From: a virus
Length of the DNA: 64,000 bases
Virus record (IMG/VR): IMGVR_UViG_3300023179_000044
Span: 39,879 to 103,878 of that record
Reading direction: 5' to 3' (one strand)
The translations under genes were made by a program, and so were the position numbers. Below are positions 22,701 through 30,269 of this stretch, piece after piece (position 1 is the stretch's first letter; every line of letters begins with the position of its first letter). The notes beneath the pieces were generated by a model. The model did no database searches and was not told the origin of the DNA. It was given only the letters and a program-made list of their open reading frames with translations.

Positions 22701-24605
22701 AGTTGGAGCTGTGGGGCTAGACTCATCTTTAAATTCAGGCTTAAACTCTACTTTTCTTCCATAGCCGTCAAGTACTCGATTATTTTGAATATCACGAATA
22801 CGTCGATTTGCCTTAGTTTTATCAACGTGGGTGAGTTTATCAGCTGGAATTATATTTCCACTAGAGTCAACGTACCACTCTAAAGGCTTACCATCAGTAT
22901 CGGTTTCACCCTCTACATCAGGTATCTCATATATAGGCTCTTTTTTCCTCGGCTCCGGAGGTGGTTTTATTGGCGGTGACTCGGATGGGTTTCCTTTGAT
23001 ACCAACTTCACCAGCAACTTCACGGTCAGGAACTTCTTTTTCTTCAAATTTTTGGCTAAGGTCAGCCTTTTTAACACCAGCAAAATCAGTAAACTCGTTG
23101 GCTAAACGGATACCTTCGCCGTGATCCATATCAACTACAACAACATTTAGTTCAATGTCTTCCCCAAGCTCGTCCTGAGCAATAAGTGCAGCAGCCCAGC
23201 GGTGGTGACCATCAATAACATACCCATCTCTAGTTACATAAATGGGGAGTTTTCTAAGTTTTTCTCTTGACTCCGGATTTAAGAAACCCTGAGCAATTCC
23301 ACCAACCTTACCCATGTCCATTTCTGACTGAATAGGTGTCAACTGGTCAGGAGTCATCAGTCCATCGGTTATTTTAATACCATTGTCAGCGCAATATTTT
23401 CTAAATAACTTAGCGTCGTTGTCATCTCCAAGTTGTGGCATCAAACCACGAGGAGCACCTAGGTTGTTCTGGGTATAGTTAGTCGAATTACCCATCTGAA
23501 GATTTGTAAGGTCGACTCCGAGATTACGGAACTTCCTATGTACTTGCCTCATTTCGTCTTTAGTTAAGGCTTCGCCGTTCTTACCGTTAACTAGGTCTAT
23601 TAGGGCTCTGGCTTTTTCTTCATTTAAGTCGGATGGCTTCACAGCACGAAGAATTTTTGCTTTTTGTTTTGTTGGAAGTTTATCTAAAGTATCTAGAACT
23701 TCCTGAGCAAGTGCAGATTTTCCGATCGCATTCTTGTCTTTTTTTATGTACTTGGAATCCGCTGCTGCAATTCTAAAAGCGTTCCAAGCAATTTCTGGAG
23801 CAGCTTGACAAACTTCTCCGTCATACATAAGCTCATACAGTTCTTGAGCATCTTTTACGTCTCTAATTACATCGGCTTCAGTAATTTCATTTTTATCAAT
23901 GAAGCCCCTCTCGTGTCTTACTTCTTGAACTCTAGGATCAGCTGATTCACGATTTTCAAATTTAAATTTTACTTCTCGACCATTTCCGTCAAGAATTCTA
24001 TTATTTTCTATATCTCGAATACGAAGATTTTCTGGAATTCTGCGAGATGGGTCTAGTTTATCTTCACTAATAACCATTCCATCTTCATCAACCCACCAAG
24101 CTAGAGATGGATTTTTAGAAATGTCTGGAATTGGATAAATTTGAGCTACAGGCTCATTACCAGTAACACGTTCAAAGTCAGCATCAGGAATTCTTGCTTT
24201 TACTGTCCCGCTGTCTAAAGATTTTCCAGTTATTCTTTCAAAATCATCATCAGGAATAATACCTTTTGCATTTGTAAAATTAGCTGAAGGAATTTCATAT
24301 TCACCATCTGGAAGATTAGGATTATTTTTAACCTTAATTACAGCAACACCAGGTTTAGAAATTCTTACAAATTTTCCATGTCCAGAAACTTTTCCAATAT
24401 TTGGAAAGTCCATAGAAAAAGTAACGCTACCAAACATCTTAGCCCAGCGGCCTTTAGCATCACGAATCTGTCTACGCCAGAAACCTTCGTTTGCACCCTC
24501 GCCGCCAGGAATATCAGGCCCAGCGTCTGCTACAAGTCCTTGGGGCTGAGCTGGGAGTTTAAGATTTTTTTCAGCACCTAAGACGTCTCTTAGGTAATTA
24601 GACAT
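13767..24605 (-). CDS. Giant polyvalent protein (3612 aa): shared N-terminal domain, 2x ParB/Srx-like, HipA/CtkA-like kinase, 2x VIP2-type ADP-ribosyltransferase, 3x DUF3626-like
   Basis: GYVIDGHHRWA twice (~23200, ~21980); GSNPGG..YVK..NE..A..LY..DAWLGNWD..DN..RIDSGG (~20230-19870); LYRGT..FTST..EKEV(V/I)LP twice (~19345-19080, ~18045-17780); RP(I/V)YG..YG..EAQIHGG three times (~16400, ~15185, ~13925). Confidence 0.85.
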   Translation of the reverse strand: MSNYLRDVLGAEKNLKLPAQPQGLVADAGPDIPGGEGANEGFWRRQIRDAKGRWAKMFGSVTFSMDFPNIGKVSGHGKFVRISKPGVAVIKVKNNPNLPDGEYEIPSANFTNAKGIIPDDDFERITGKSLDSGTVKARIPDADFERVTGNEPVAQIYPIPDISKNPSLAWWVDEDGMVISEDKLDPSRRIPENLRIRDIENNRILDGNGREVKFKFENRESADPRVQEVRHERGFIDKNEITEADVIRDVKDAQELYELMYDGEVCQAAPEIAWNAFRIAAADSKYIKKDKNAIGKSALAQEVLDTLDKLPTKQKAKILRAVKPSDLNEEKARALIDLVNGKNGEALTKDEMRQVHRKFRNLGVDLTNLQMGNSTNYTQNNLGAPRGLMPQLGDDNDAKLFRKYCADNGIKITDGLMTPDQLTPIQSEMDMGKVGGIAQGFLNPESREKLRKLPIYVTRDGYVIDGHHRWAAALIAQDELGEDIELNVVVVDMDHGEGIRLANEFTDFAGVKKADLSQKFEEKEVPDREVAGEVGIKGNPSESPPIKPPPEPRKKEPIYEIPDVEGETDTDGKPLEWYVDSSGNIIPADKLTHVDKTKANRRIRDIQNNRVLDGYGRKVEFKPEFKDESSPTAPTRHEGGFWDLNEIDPSEVRTDITDPQEAYEVLYDGGFIEVDKDTWVEALKIAAADRKYIGADENAIGGAAELARELDDELKKLEPRQYNRLRRAISSGLLNEERANSLLSFLRSKNGSPLSSEEMQSLTRKYRTNGVDVTNMKMYGKENYTNNNLGAERGLMPQLGTDADQKQFEKILDELNIKHTRDVKTPDQLTPVQSEMDMGNVGGIAQAFLTPEGRAKFDQAVLYVSRDGYVIDGHHRWAGALAAQEMGDKPIDLNVVVVDLDHEDVLKLANEYNDYVGVPRQTLGATSANPKPAPKREVEGEVGIKGNPPKAPEGEPPKETSPPSPEVTKESPADIADKLVKQKSERPELGPFVTELSPKMAAIAEEQNERIRLHLASEGLNFIKPVSPDQLVDEVSGDDALKNIRSVAANNLRKKGRFPLIRSPKDIEEVVGAQYRSLFDQIKEENPELLKTVYGELTDKNLFWDYLSNHIATDLMTKYSDPKDISPLAKKVNQLYAEKFLGVKPGGFISFYRNNIHHKDTEADAAAGYASLDRYMAFDYNVERGKGDKGKNTGRYEIKARPDEITGLLGFSRISDEIGAVISPEVTSIPGRVTRLGDLEIPNPENAPWFNLKDLKVGPNEKFDRSGGGSPFRHLKPLGQFDYYALDSSPFGDGRDWASFYEENGLTKGALPAKYDELYGEGAWERDWGSETPRSDRFYRLFESFKDKNGNQKWRLKGESLHYIGGGAEKYFDNPEAGDEVDRSLKVLSSMQELIGKPFFVSRGHDPNDSRLKNVEKIEPIIESAENKLKPELSEELKKSETPELDFTNFKQISGPLGSNPGGKYQDPNTGNIFYVKIQDKNRGDNEALASALYKEAGIDALEVKKGLMRSKQVTYTDWKTTPLTSVAERINNGVDPNDPAFDGFAIDAWLGNWDVVGTGYDNLSYDKDGNPVRIDSGGSLLYRARGERKGSAFGNEVGELETFKDKKNTTGQLFSNMSPEAERKSVEKLRAITPEKIDELVDKFISDPADNKELKEKLKARREFILNKYPESEEKTPETANDEFDLPIPPRTDEENESIELYQSPSYYRLAKYMADPTNGTITEEQKAKFDKAIPHLKKVTTSEELPEGTKLYRGTFAVFSSDKYAQFNQLQPGDIVSSDNTFTSTTRDKSVAIDFAALGDQRVAPTKRIVFDITTENGATGAVVGASGDMYDLEKEVVLPIGAQLEVIGVEKDSNSNLTIKLKYKNTNTTVKKENSSEKLSNLSIWGRQKLRDIKASLRGEIYDTQAINLINEYGNSDEGLETLQSLLHKYGLYRKVTLNEPYLDAVRQKTSEYSKQEDPNLNIDLKPGTKRAPFGILNGGNLGTVGYVRPGDVLSKVDNADFGLVTGENKTKASEVAKDIKDNGFREPIEILYNPNTEKYSLNNSDDVVKLIAARDNGGRPTPIRIKISESSGRYDENTVLNPIFFTSFARIPAGFGPPDGDPIWQIQPESPDMGGIDQLPTPDRTNEEKEAITGYQKGQYLLIKDFIKGEEFDSDTSESVNKLVSNLKKLTESEEIPEGTKLYRGTIARRDSELRAQLMQLKPGDEVISSDIFTSTSLDPEVAEGFAILDQNNKDSNTNSAVIFEIKTEKGATGSPIEPDGTVYDREKEVILPIAAKFTVSEVFEDADGTLRIRVKYGKKQFLPEWPEEQYKSDGVTDVTFASPQERDDVYKYFKDARLSKPTEDLLDELINREDQKIDSNTIKELSDKINADIEEYDKIYKRPKEPVKKEDFTSNEINASAIPYSIEDELEKYLSDKSIIFTDKKAYDDASDPDDPTFYYDPYSILKRLKDRDEALKVNEGYKEPDQTVFDFAKEWFEKNKEKFLYINRKKLKEKLFAAAESIDERTSNDFMWKKDAIYNAITTYQDYVNKKAVDEMFLEYEKAFPGQSEDAKSVRKMMDAAEDLSNAIKNASVTIAIDEKFIENLFKDGRIKSQFETAKSRGLYDPIKRAISEFSVNGVPIDIDDSLRPIYGYLGLESTPELYRNLNPFSTDYRLESPNLYQYGNVRVVLKSSIKNRTRFTAKDSLSAEFVASDLTKVDRDSVLKSGVLEIPPSTLGDFGSNYLEAQIHGGVSLDDIEKFVIPAYSDNDKEALLEVAKNIEDLMKNYGISIPVEVVQVTRERPSLDELEEQQKPKVAIPSTQEEIISLLKNYSAMDSIKEYIDPDKKFIKKLTEPDSDGDPIPNKSEDITGQVMSTVLTVDYLDRTSYGHSQEAIDFAQDWIKRNKDRFIYFDIKEFNKIYKDKLSPIEFDAIKEQLNNYAMHENTMLLLEMYKEMKNEVSENNLPKIVSGIDLIDSNLSLIADKLDNAEIVVAVDEKTFAKILEDKRIKTQFETQFSNGLFDNSKRTVVERALMGLPIDLDPKNRPIYGYLVYPTDDAPKRLFGTSNRFNDIDSSPTFGYGDVKLILKKSVRDRSTATMNDSFDRAFQAIPLGEKIDPDSLYAAGIIGYLPQVENNLDYGNGAYHPSYTEAQIHGGISSDEIETIILDDRNSSKADMEAEKARIQKELDKAGISIPIMFSSEYKNKNKNPNQENKNRTDITGTRLSDDARQELSSVISNLDDAKHNASDKAYKEIATELGRDLSLPWDTDRTPEGRETYEYIRSAIQFKKDSPDTDEEKELLRIKNLYKDKMDNDQKYTEALIAAHSNPLYRDIMEALTSKTNNFDGSTIAYALLERGLTRQRPRISKEDLDQFAITTPDYADDEVNSQVYDVTVDPEQSVEITNKDLKEFSESGAVSVIMPSRALEKVLEEGRIKTVHETKRSMAGVSNEEYRALRVLYESMAFGYEGDSPLEGRPVYGSLASATLPPPEDALKIYGGSEPAQVVLKPEVKKRTTISDRDSLNNFDETTPLTDPEFKLSYLTQMAAIYREATGKNFFESENFAKFGSIEAQIHGGVTLDDIEKVVFYEMPSVEMIDLLTSKGIIWEFSSKKPYSKPRSFGGGLF

Positions 24606-24608
24606 GGG

Positions 24609-25064
24609 CTATCTTAGACCAAGTGTTGATTCTAGTTGCCACTGCCATTTCTTGTGCATGTCATCACGCTCTGCCAAGAAATTTGCAATTCCCTGTTCAT
24701 TACACTCATTAGCCACTTCAAATGCGCTAATTACACAGAAATTGATAGATTTATTCAAATTTGCAAGTGACTCAACCATCTGTGAGGGGTCACCAGACAA
24801 ACGTGGAAGATCTCCAACACAAGTCAACTCATGAAAATCTTTTAAAAAATACGGAGCATCAAACCCAAGCTTGCGAATATTTTCAGCAAGCGGATCTATT
24901 GCACTATCGTAGTCTTCATAAATCTCACTAAAAAATTCATGCATCTGAGAAAATTCAATTCCTTTTACATTCCAGTGATAGCCATGTGCAATAAATTTTG
25001 CAACAATAGTATCGGCAAGAAGATGGGAAAGCTTTTCAGCTAGGGCTACATTATTTTCATGCAT
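24609..25064 (-). CDS. dps: Dps family mini-ferritin
   Basis: HGYHWNVKG..F..MHEFF..IYE..D.LAE.IR.LG ferroxidase signature; C-terminal H.K..W.L. Confidence 0.92.
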   Translation of the reverse strand: MHENNVALAEKLSHLLADTIVAKFIAHGYHWNVKGIEFSQMHEFFSEIYEDYDSAIDPLAENIRKLGFDAPYFLKDFHELTCVGDLPRLSGDPSQMVESLANLNKSINFCVISAFEVANECNEQGIANFLAERDDMHKKWQWQLESTLGLR

Positions 25065-25066
25065 TT

Positions 25067-26815
25067 TTATACCTCAGGTTCTGCCAATGGAACTGGCGGT
25101 TCGGCGGGGGGTGGGGTGGTAGGAATAGCTCCCGGAGCTCCAGCAGCTTCAGGGGCTCCATTTAATAGTTGTTGAATATCTGGAGACATAGGAGCTGGAT
25201 TACTTGCTTGAGAGGTAGTTCTGATCATGTCCATAATTTCTGGAGTTATTGCTGCAAGCATACCTTCAGTCAATTCTGGAGTAATCATACCCTTACTCAA
25301 TACTAACCTAAGAGCTAGTTCCTGAGGAGTAGGAGCATCCTGATCAGAGAATCCGTGAGATTTTCTCCAAGTATCAAATGAAATTGCCATCTTTTCAAAT
25401 CCGCTATCTGCATCTGCAGCTCTGTCATTACGAGTAGCAATTAATGATGGATCATACCAAACATGCAATCGCTTAACATCAGCTTCTGAGTATCCGTTTG
25501 CAATTAAATAAGGGCGCAAATATACAACAGTAAGGGCATCTGCAATAAGCAGCATCATAGGCTCGATGTGAGCCTTATAAAGAGCTTCGTCAATCTGAAG
25601 AGCATTCGAGTACTTAACATTAGCTAGACCTGTTACAACATCTTTTGGAACATCTAGACCTTGCATGATGCGCTCTAGAACTCGATCAGCACGAGCTACA
25701 AGAGAAGCATCAAATGAACGCTCAAACTTGAATTGCTTGATCTTATCACCAAGTTCAGCAGGACCACGAATAATAAGTGGAACAACTGCAGATGCTGAAT
25801 CCTCGTCTTTAATCGGAGTGGTCATAGCATCGATAAGTTGATCTTCAAAGTCGTCAGCAGATTCTTCTGGATTGTATTGCTCGTTGTAGTTGCCATTCTC
25901 GTCGTATGGATAGTCTGGGTCTGGAGCAGCAGCTACAGAAAGGCCATCTGGCAAATACAAAGCACCTGCGTTGAGGCGAGAACGAGCAGTTGCACGAAAG
26001 GTACGATTTAGAAGTAGAAGTTCAGCACAAAGATCTAGTAGACCACGAAGGCTTGAATCAGATTCTTGGCTATAACGTGGGTGAGCTTTCCAGACACGTC
26101 CAATAAATGCGTCTTTTGGAAGAAGAATTCCACCTTTACCACTAGACATTGAAGAAGCTACTCCACCACCAACTTCCCTGCGTGGCTGAATAATGTAGTT
26201 ACCCTTAGAATCTACCTGAAGTTCATCAACAGACCTGATATCCCAAGACTCCGGGAGACCGGAACCAATTCTTTCTGGAATCTGTACTAGGTAACACTCT
26301 CCAGTGACCTGCAAGTTTAGAGCTGCATCTTTTAAAAGACCTGACTGGCCGCCATACGCTGAATTTAATCTATCAAGAGCCCTCTTTGCAGCTTCTGCAA
26401 GTTGAGTATCAACAGTGCTAGATTTTTCTACAGAAACAGGAGCCTCCGCTGGGTCATCTACAACAGCTGCGTAAAGACGAATACGTGAGACGACAGACGC
26501 CACAAGGTTAAACGCATATTTAATTTCACCAATTGAATCATAGTACTCCCATGCTTCGGTTTGCCAACTAGAAGACGCGGATTGACGTCGGGATTTAAAA
26601 AGTTCTGCTTCTCCTCTGTCGCCAATCCTTACCTGAGCTGCAGCTGCTGTAAGTGGGCGAGGAGCATTATAAGCTAAAGATTCTGCGTAAACTAGACCAA
26701 AAGAGTCAACCGAAACACCAGGAGCCACCTGAGTAGCCGTTTTTGGAACAGTTGTACGAAAACCTGTAGCACTCCTACGACTTGGTTGCTCTGCGTTTTT
26801 CTTAAAAATTCCCAA
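25067..26815 (-). CDS. Portal protein
   Basis: 582 aa just downstream of TerL; WQ.EAW..YD.IGE..YA N-terminus and AVVP.I..GP...LA.GLD.P-like core typical of actinophage portals. Confidence 0.8.
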   Translation of the reverse strand: MGIFKKNAEQPSRRSATGFRTTVPKTATQVAPGVSVDSFGLVYAESLAYNAPRPLTAAAAQVRIGDRGEAELFKSRRQSASSSWQTEAWEYYDSIGEIKYAFNLVASVVSRIRLYAAVVDDPAEAPVSVEKSSTVDTQLAEAAKRALDRLNSAYGGQSGLLKDAALNLQVTGECYLVQIPERIGSGLPESWDIRSVDELQVDSKGNYIIQPRREVGGGVASSMSSGKGGILLPKDAFIGRVWKAHPRYSQESDSSLRGLLDLCAELLLLNRTFRATARSRLNAGALYLPDGLSVAAAPDPDYPYDENGNYNEQYNPEESADDFEDQLIDAMTTPIKDEDSASAVVPLIIRGPAELGDKIKQFKFERSFDASLVARADRVLERIMQGLDVPKDVVTGLANVKYSNALQIDEALYKAHIEPMMLLIADALTVVYLRPYLIANGYSEADVKRLHVWYDPSLIATRNDRAADADSGFEKMAISFDTWRKSHGFSDQDAPTPQELALRLVLSKGMITPELTEGMLAAITPEIMDMIRTTSQASNPAPMSPDIQQLLNGAPEAAGAPGAIPTTPPPAEPPVPLAEPEV

Positions 26816-26830
26816 CGGGGCTCCTAATGG

Positions 26831-27112
26831 TTAGCGACCAGCTAATAGACCAATTACTGCAGATATGGACAATACTAATGATACCACATATGCAATTACT
26901 GGAACTAGTAAAAATCCTACTACAAATAAGATAGATACATAAAAACCAGTACACCAGTCACACGTTATTAAATAGCCAAAGCCGTGGCTAGCAGGAAATT
27001 TTTTCCAAATTCTTTCTCTAACTGGTTCAAAAATAGTATCCGTAGTTATTACTCTAGTTAGTCTAAAAGCGGCTAAGGCATAAATTATAAATGTAACAAG
27101 ATCTAGTGTCAT
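26831..27112 (-). CDS. DUF1360-like membrane protein
   Basis: LA.FRLTR.IT.D.IF.P.R...LITC.WC.G pattern with hydrophobic helices. Confidence 0.75.
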   Translation of the reverse strand: MTLDLVTFIIYALAAFRLTRVITTDTIFEPVRERIWKKFPASHGFGYLITCDWCTGFYVSILFVVGFLLVPVIAYVVSLVLSISAVIGLLAGR

Positions 27113-27468
27113 TTTTTCTCTTTCAATGTAACTAATGTTCTTCTAGGGTTCCAGCTTCTAAGTCTAGACCCACAGCCACAATTTGTGTCTCTTTTAAAGG
27201 CAAGCATTTTTCCACTTTTAGTAATAATCTTACTTTCACCTTTTAGATCTTTTTCAAAAGTAGTGTACTCTTCTTGAAAAATAACTTTTGCTCCATCAGG
27301 AGAATCAACTGCAACAATAATTATGTCTGAGTCAATGACAACTCTACACTTATCAACCATAAATGAACCTTCGGTAGGCGGGACTACCTTTACTTCATCT
27401 AGTGAAGCAACTGAATTAGGTGCTACAGCAACAAGAATTGCCGGAAACATATCAAAAACTATAATCAT
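27109..27468 (-). CDS. Hypothetical protein (CGCGSRL motif)
   Basis: ATGA-coupled to TerL and to the DUF1360 gene. Confidence 0.65.
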   Translation of the reverse strand: MIIVFDMFPAILVAVAPNSVASLDEVKVVPPTEGSFMVDKCRVVIDSDIIIVAVDSPDGAKVIFQEEYTTFEKDLKGESKIITKSGKMLAFKRDTNCGCGSRLRSWNPRRTLVTLKEKK

Positions 27469-28847
27469 CTAACTCTAAATCTTCCATTTCCATTAATTCT
27501 TCGTTCAGAAAAACTCTTGGCCCTTATTTTTCCACCAGTAAATCCGAGAGGTGGCTTAATTAAAAGAGCTGTAAGAGCATGGACAAGTGCATCAACTCGA
27601 TCAGGAGATTTTCCTTCCCCTGGAACCCACGAAATCATTTGCGATTCAAGATCACCAAGAAAACCTATATGGTGAACGCGACCTTGTTCGTAAGCAAGAG
27701 TAACTGGCTCTGCACGAAGGGCTTTTCCATGTTTAGAGTGGACTTCAAGTACTTTAACAGTTGGGTCAATTGTATTAATAGCGTTACGAACAAGTGCTCC
27801 ACCCTGGTTTACTTCAGCAATAACAGGGCAACCCCACTTGCGAGCCATCTTAACAACCTGATTAGCCCAAACATCAGGAGAGCCATGCACGCTGGCATCT
27901 TCAAGCACCCAAGCTTGGCGTTTGTAAAGATCATGTTCTGCTGTAGACGCTACAACTACAATTCCACACTCGTCACGGGGATTTTCTGCAACTGAAGGAT
28001 CAACTCCAATACAGCGAAGTGGGGTTGAAAGTGGGTAAGCACCCTCTCTTCCTGACTCAATCATTTCTTCAGTCCAAAGAGCACCTTCCATAGCTTCAAG
28101 CATTTCACCGTAAAGTTCCTGACGAGCAAGTGCAGTTCCCTGATAAACGCCAAGCATAGTATCAAGATAGCTAGAACTTAAGTTTCCAGCATTATCCATA
28201 GTCGAGCCACGAGTGATTACAACTTTTCCAGTTTTTGATTCTTCAATAAGTTTGTAAAGAAGCTGAGTACGCTTAGGAGTAGTTGTTACAAGAATCTTAG
28301 GGTTCTGTCCAAGACGAGTACCAACACGCAAGTTGTCAAAAGCAGTCATACCAGCTGCGTCTGGTGTCTGACGCCAAGCGGCTATCTCATCTCCCCAAGC
28401 GTGAGTGAACTGAGGACCACGGAGAGAGTCTGGTTCGTCAGCAGTAAATAGTGAAGCTACGTTTCCATTTGGCCAGGTAAGTCGTCTCTTAGATGGTTCG
28501 TAGAGTGGACGCTCGGATGGTGGAGTTATGTTCATAATTCCAGACTCACCTTCAACGATAACGTCACGAACGTCTCCAGCAGTACGAGCTACAAGGGCAA
28601 AACGACGTTGGCCAGTATTTGTATATCGAGCTTGTTCACGAACCCACTCGGAGGCAAGTCTTGTCTTACCAAACCCACGTCCTGCTAGAACTAGCCAGAC
28701 GTTCCAATCTCCTGGTGGAGTTTGTTGCTCAGGGCGACCCCAAACAGACCAATCCCACATTAATGCATCTGGATCCATTCCAGATAAAGCAAGAGCCTGC
28801 TCTTCCGGTGATAGAAGAGCAAGCTGCTCCATAATGCTTTTTCCCAT
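27465..28847 (-). CDS. terL: Terminase large subunit
   Basis: Walker A AGRGFGKT, LRGPQF..AWGDE Walker B, TTTP, nuclease IGVDP...D and SPDRVDA. Leaderless: TAAAAT 6 nt upstream. Confidence 0.95.
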   Translation of the reverse strand: MGKSIMEQLALLSPEEQALALSGMDPDALMWDWSVWGRPEQQTPPGDWNVWLVLAGRGFGKTRLASEWVREQARYTNTGQRRFALVARTAGDVRDVIVEGESGIMNITPPSERPLYEPSKRRLTWPNGNVASLFTADEPDSLRGPQFTHAWGDEIAAWRQTPDAAGMTAFDNLRVGTRLGQNPKILVTTTPKRTQLLYKLIEESKTGKVVITRGSTMDNAGNLSSSYLDTMLGVYQGTALARQELYGEMLEAMEGALWTEEMIESGREGAYPLSTPLRCIGVDPSVAENPRDECGIVVVASTAEHDLYKRQAWVLEDASVHGSPDVWANQVVKMARKWGCPVIAEVNQGGALVRNAINTIDPTVKVLEVHSKHGKALRAEPVTLAYEQGRVHHIGFLGDLESQMISWVPGEGKSPDRVDALVHALTALLIKPPLGFTGGKIRAKSFSERRINGNGRFRVR

Positions 28848-28861
28848 AGGGATATTTTACC

Positions 28862-29413
28862 CTACTTTAAGCGATTCTCTTTAACAATCGGAGTGTAGAC
28901 CTTGGAAGTAGCAGTAACTGGTTGCTTATATCCGTAGCGGACAAGACGGAAGCGTAGAGCACCATGAGTAACTCCGAGACGTTTTGCTAGGCGGTACAAG
29001 GTAACACCTTCAACAACGTGAGCGTGATTCAGAAGGGCTGTGTACTCTTCTGCTTCAGCACGATACTTCTTTCCATTTGAACGGACCTGCTGAGCGTATG
29101 GCTGAAGCTCGAGTAGACGCTTTAAAGTTTCTGGAGAAGGTTCAATGTAAACAGGTTTTGGTTTTTCCTGTTTAATTGGTGGTTCTGGAATAAGAACTGG
29201 AATTGTTACTTTTTCTGAAAGAGGAGACAGTGCAATTTGTCTTACTCTCTCACGAGTGATTCCAGAGGCAGCAGAAATAGATTCTAAAGTCCAACCAGCC
29301 GAACGTAGCGCACGAATAAGATTGTCTCTATTCTCGCCACTTACTGTTTCGAACTCTTCGTAAATGTGCTTAGGTAGCATTTGATTCTTTTTAATAAATG
29401 TTGTAGTTGTCAT
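28862..29413 (-). CDS. Tandem helix-turn-helix DNA-binding protein; start revised to 29413
   Basis: GWTLESIS..SGITRERVRQI and GVTLYRLAKRLGVT. A promoter overlaps the longer annotated start. Confidence 0.75.
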   Translation of the reverse strand: MTTTTFIKKNQMLPKHIYEEFETVSGENRDNLIRALRSAGWTLESISAASGITRERVRQIALSPLSEKVTIPVLIPEPPIKQEKPKPVYIEPSPETLKRLLELQPYAQQVRSNGKKYRAEAEEYTALLNHAHVVEGVTLYRLAKRLGVTHGALRFRLVRYGYKQPVTATSKVYTPIVKENRLK

Positions 29414-29420
29414 GACTGTC

Positions 29421-29449
29421 ACTTTATAAGGTATCTTTCTATTTGTCAA
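29421..29449 (-). promoter_or_regulatory. SigA-type promoter, leaderless
   Basis: TTGACA-N17-TAAAGT, 7 nt before ATG 29413. Confidence 0.75.
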
Positions 29450-29453
29450 ATTA

Positions 29454-29735
29454 TTAAGAGCTTCTTTTTCGCCCTTGATTTTTTAGGTACGGAGGTATTT
29501 CTTCACTAATTCTGATTTTATAGCCGTCTATAAAATCATCAGTAATTAGGTTGGAGTCAACAACATTAATAATTGAATTTACAAATTCAAAAAATTTATT
29601 GATCTCCTGAGTTTCTTTGTCTAAGTTGCAAGTTACTTCTAACGTGCAATCAGACATTTCAAACAATCCAGTTTGATGAACAGAATCTCTAAATTCATCA
29701 AATGTATTAATTTGAAGTATTACGGTTTTTGCCAT
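29454..29735 (-). CDS. Hypothetical protein
   Basis: 93-aa ORF tiled in the operon. Confidence 0.55.
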   Translation of the reverse strand: MAKTVILQINTFDEFRDSVHQTGLFEMSDCTLEVTCNLDKETQEINKFFEFVNSIINVVDSNLITDDFIDGYKIRISEEIPPYLKNQGRKRSS

Positions 29736-29747
29736 TTTAACTCTTCT

Positions 29748-30206
29748 CTATTTAGTTTTTTGTGTTTCAATGTGATCGTCAATATCTATAGTCTCAACGC
29801 CACTAACTAAAACAATAGCACTTAAAGCAAGTACTGTCAATACAAATAGTATAAATAAAATAATAAATATGCAACTTAGAGTAGCTAGTAAAATATCAAC
29901 CATTTTAATTCCTTGATGCAAGAATTGCTACAGGAATAGCAGAAATAGCAATAACAGTTGAATTTAAGATGATAGCTGCAATTACTAAAGAAACAGTTAA
30001 AACCGAAGACCATGAAATAGATCTGAGCCATAAAAGAAATCTAATCATTTTTCCTCTTTGTCATTTGGATATACAACCCCTAAAAGAGGCTGCGGAGATT
30101 TTTTGCTTTCTCTAAATATAATATACAATTTGCAGACGAGATAAGCAAGTACGCCACTCAAGCTAGTCATAAAAATAATACCAAGAGTGAACAATAAAAA
30201 TATCAT
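29748..30206 (-). CDS. Three tiny membrane-protein genes (29748-29903, 29905-30048, 30045-30206) below the ORF-track cutoff
   Basis: Hand translation gives 47-53 aa hydrophobic ORFs, tightly coupled; TATACT lies 6 nt before ATG 30206. Confidence 0.6.
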
Positions 30207-30269
30207 AACTTAAGTATAGTGCAAGTTTTATATGGGGCAGTTTTAGGCCATGCCCAGGGCTAAGGGGTG

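Noticed and set aside
1728-28884. Numerous plus-strand ORFs of 60-140 aa
   Set aside because: Antisense shadows of long minus-strand genes, with no RBS or motifs.
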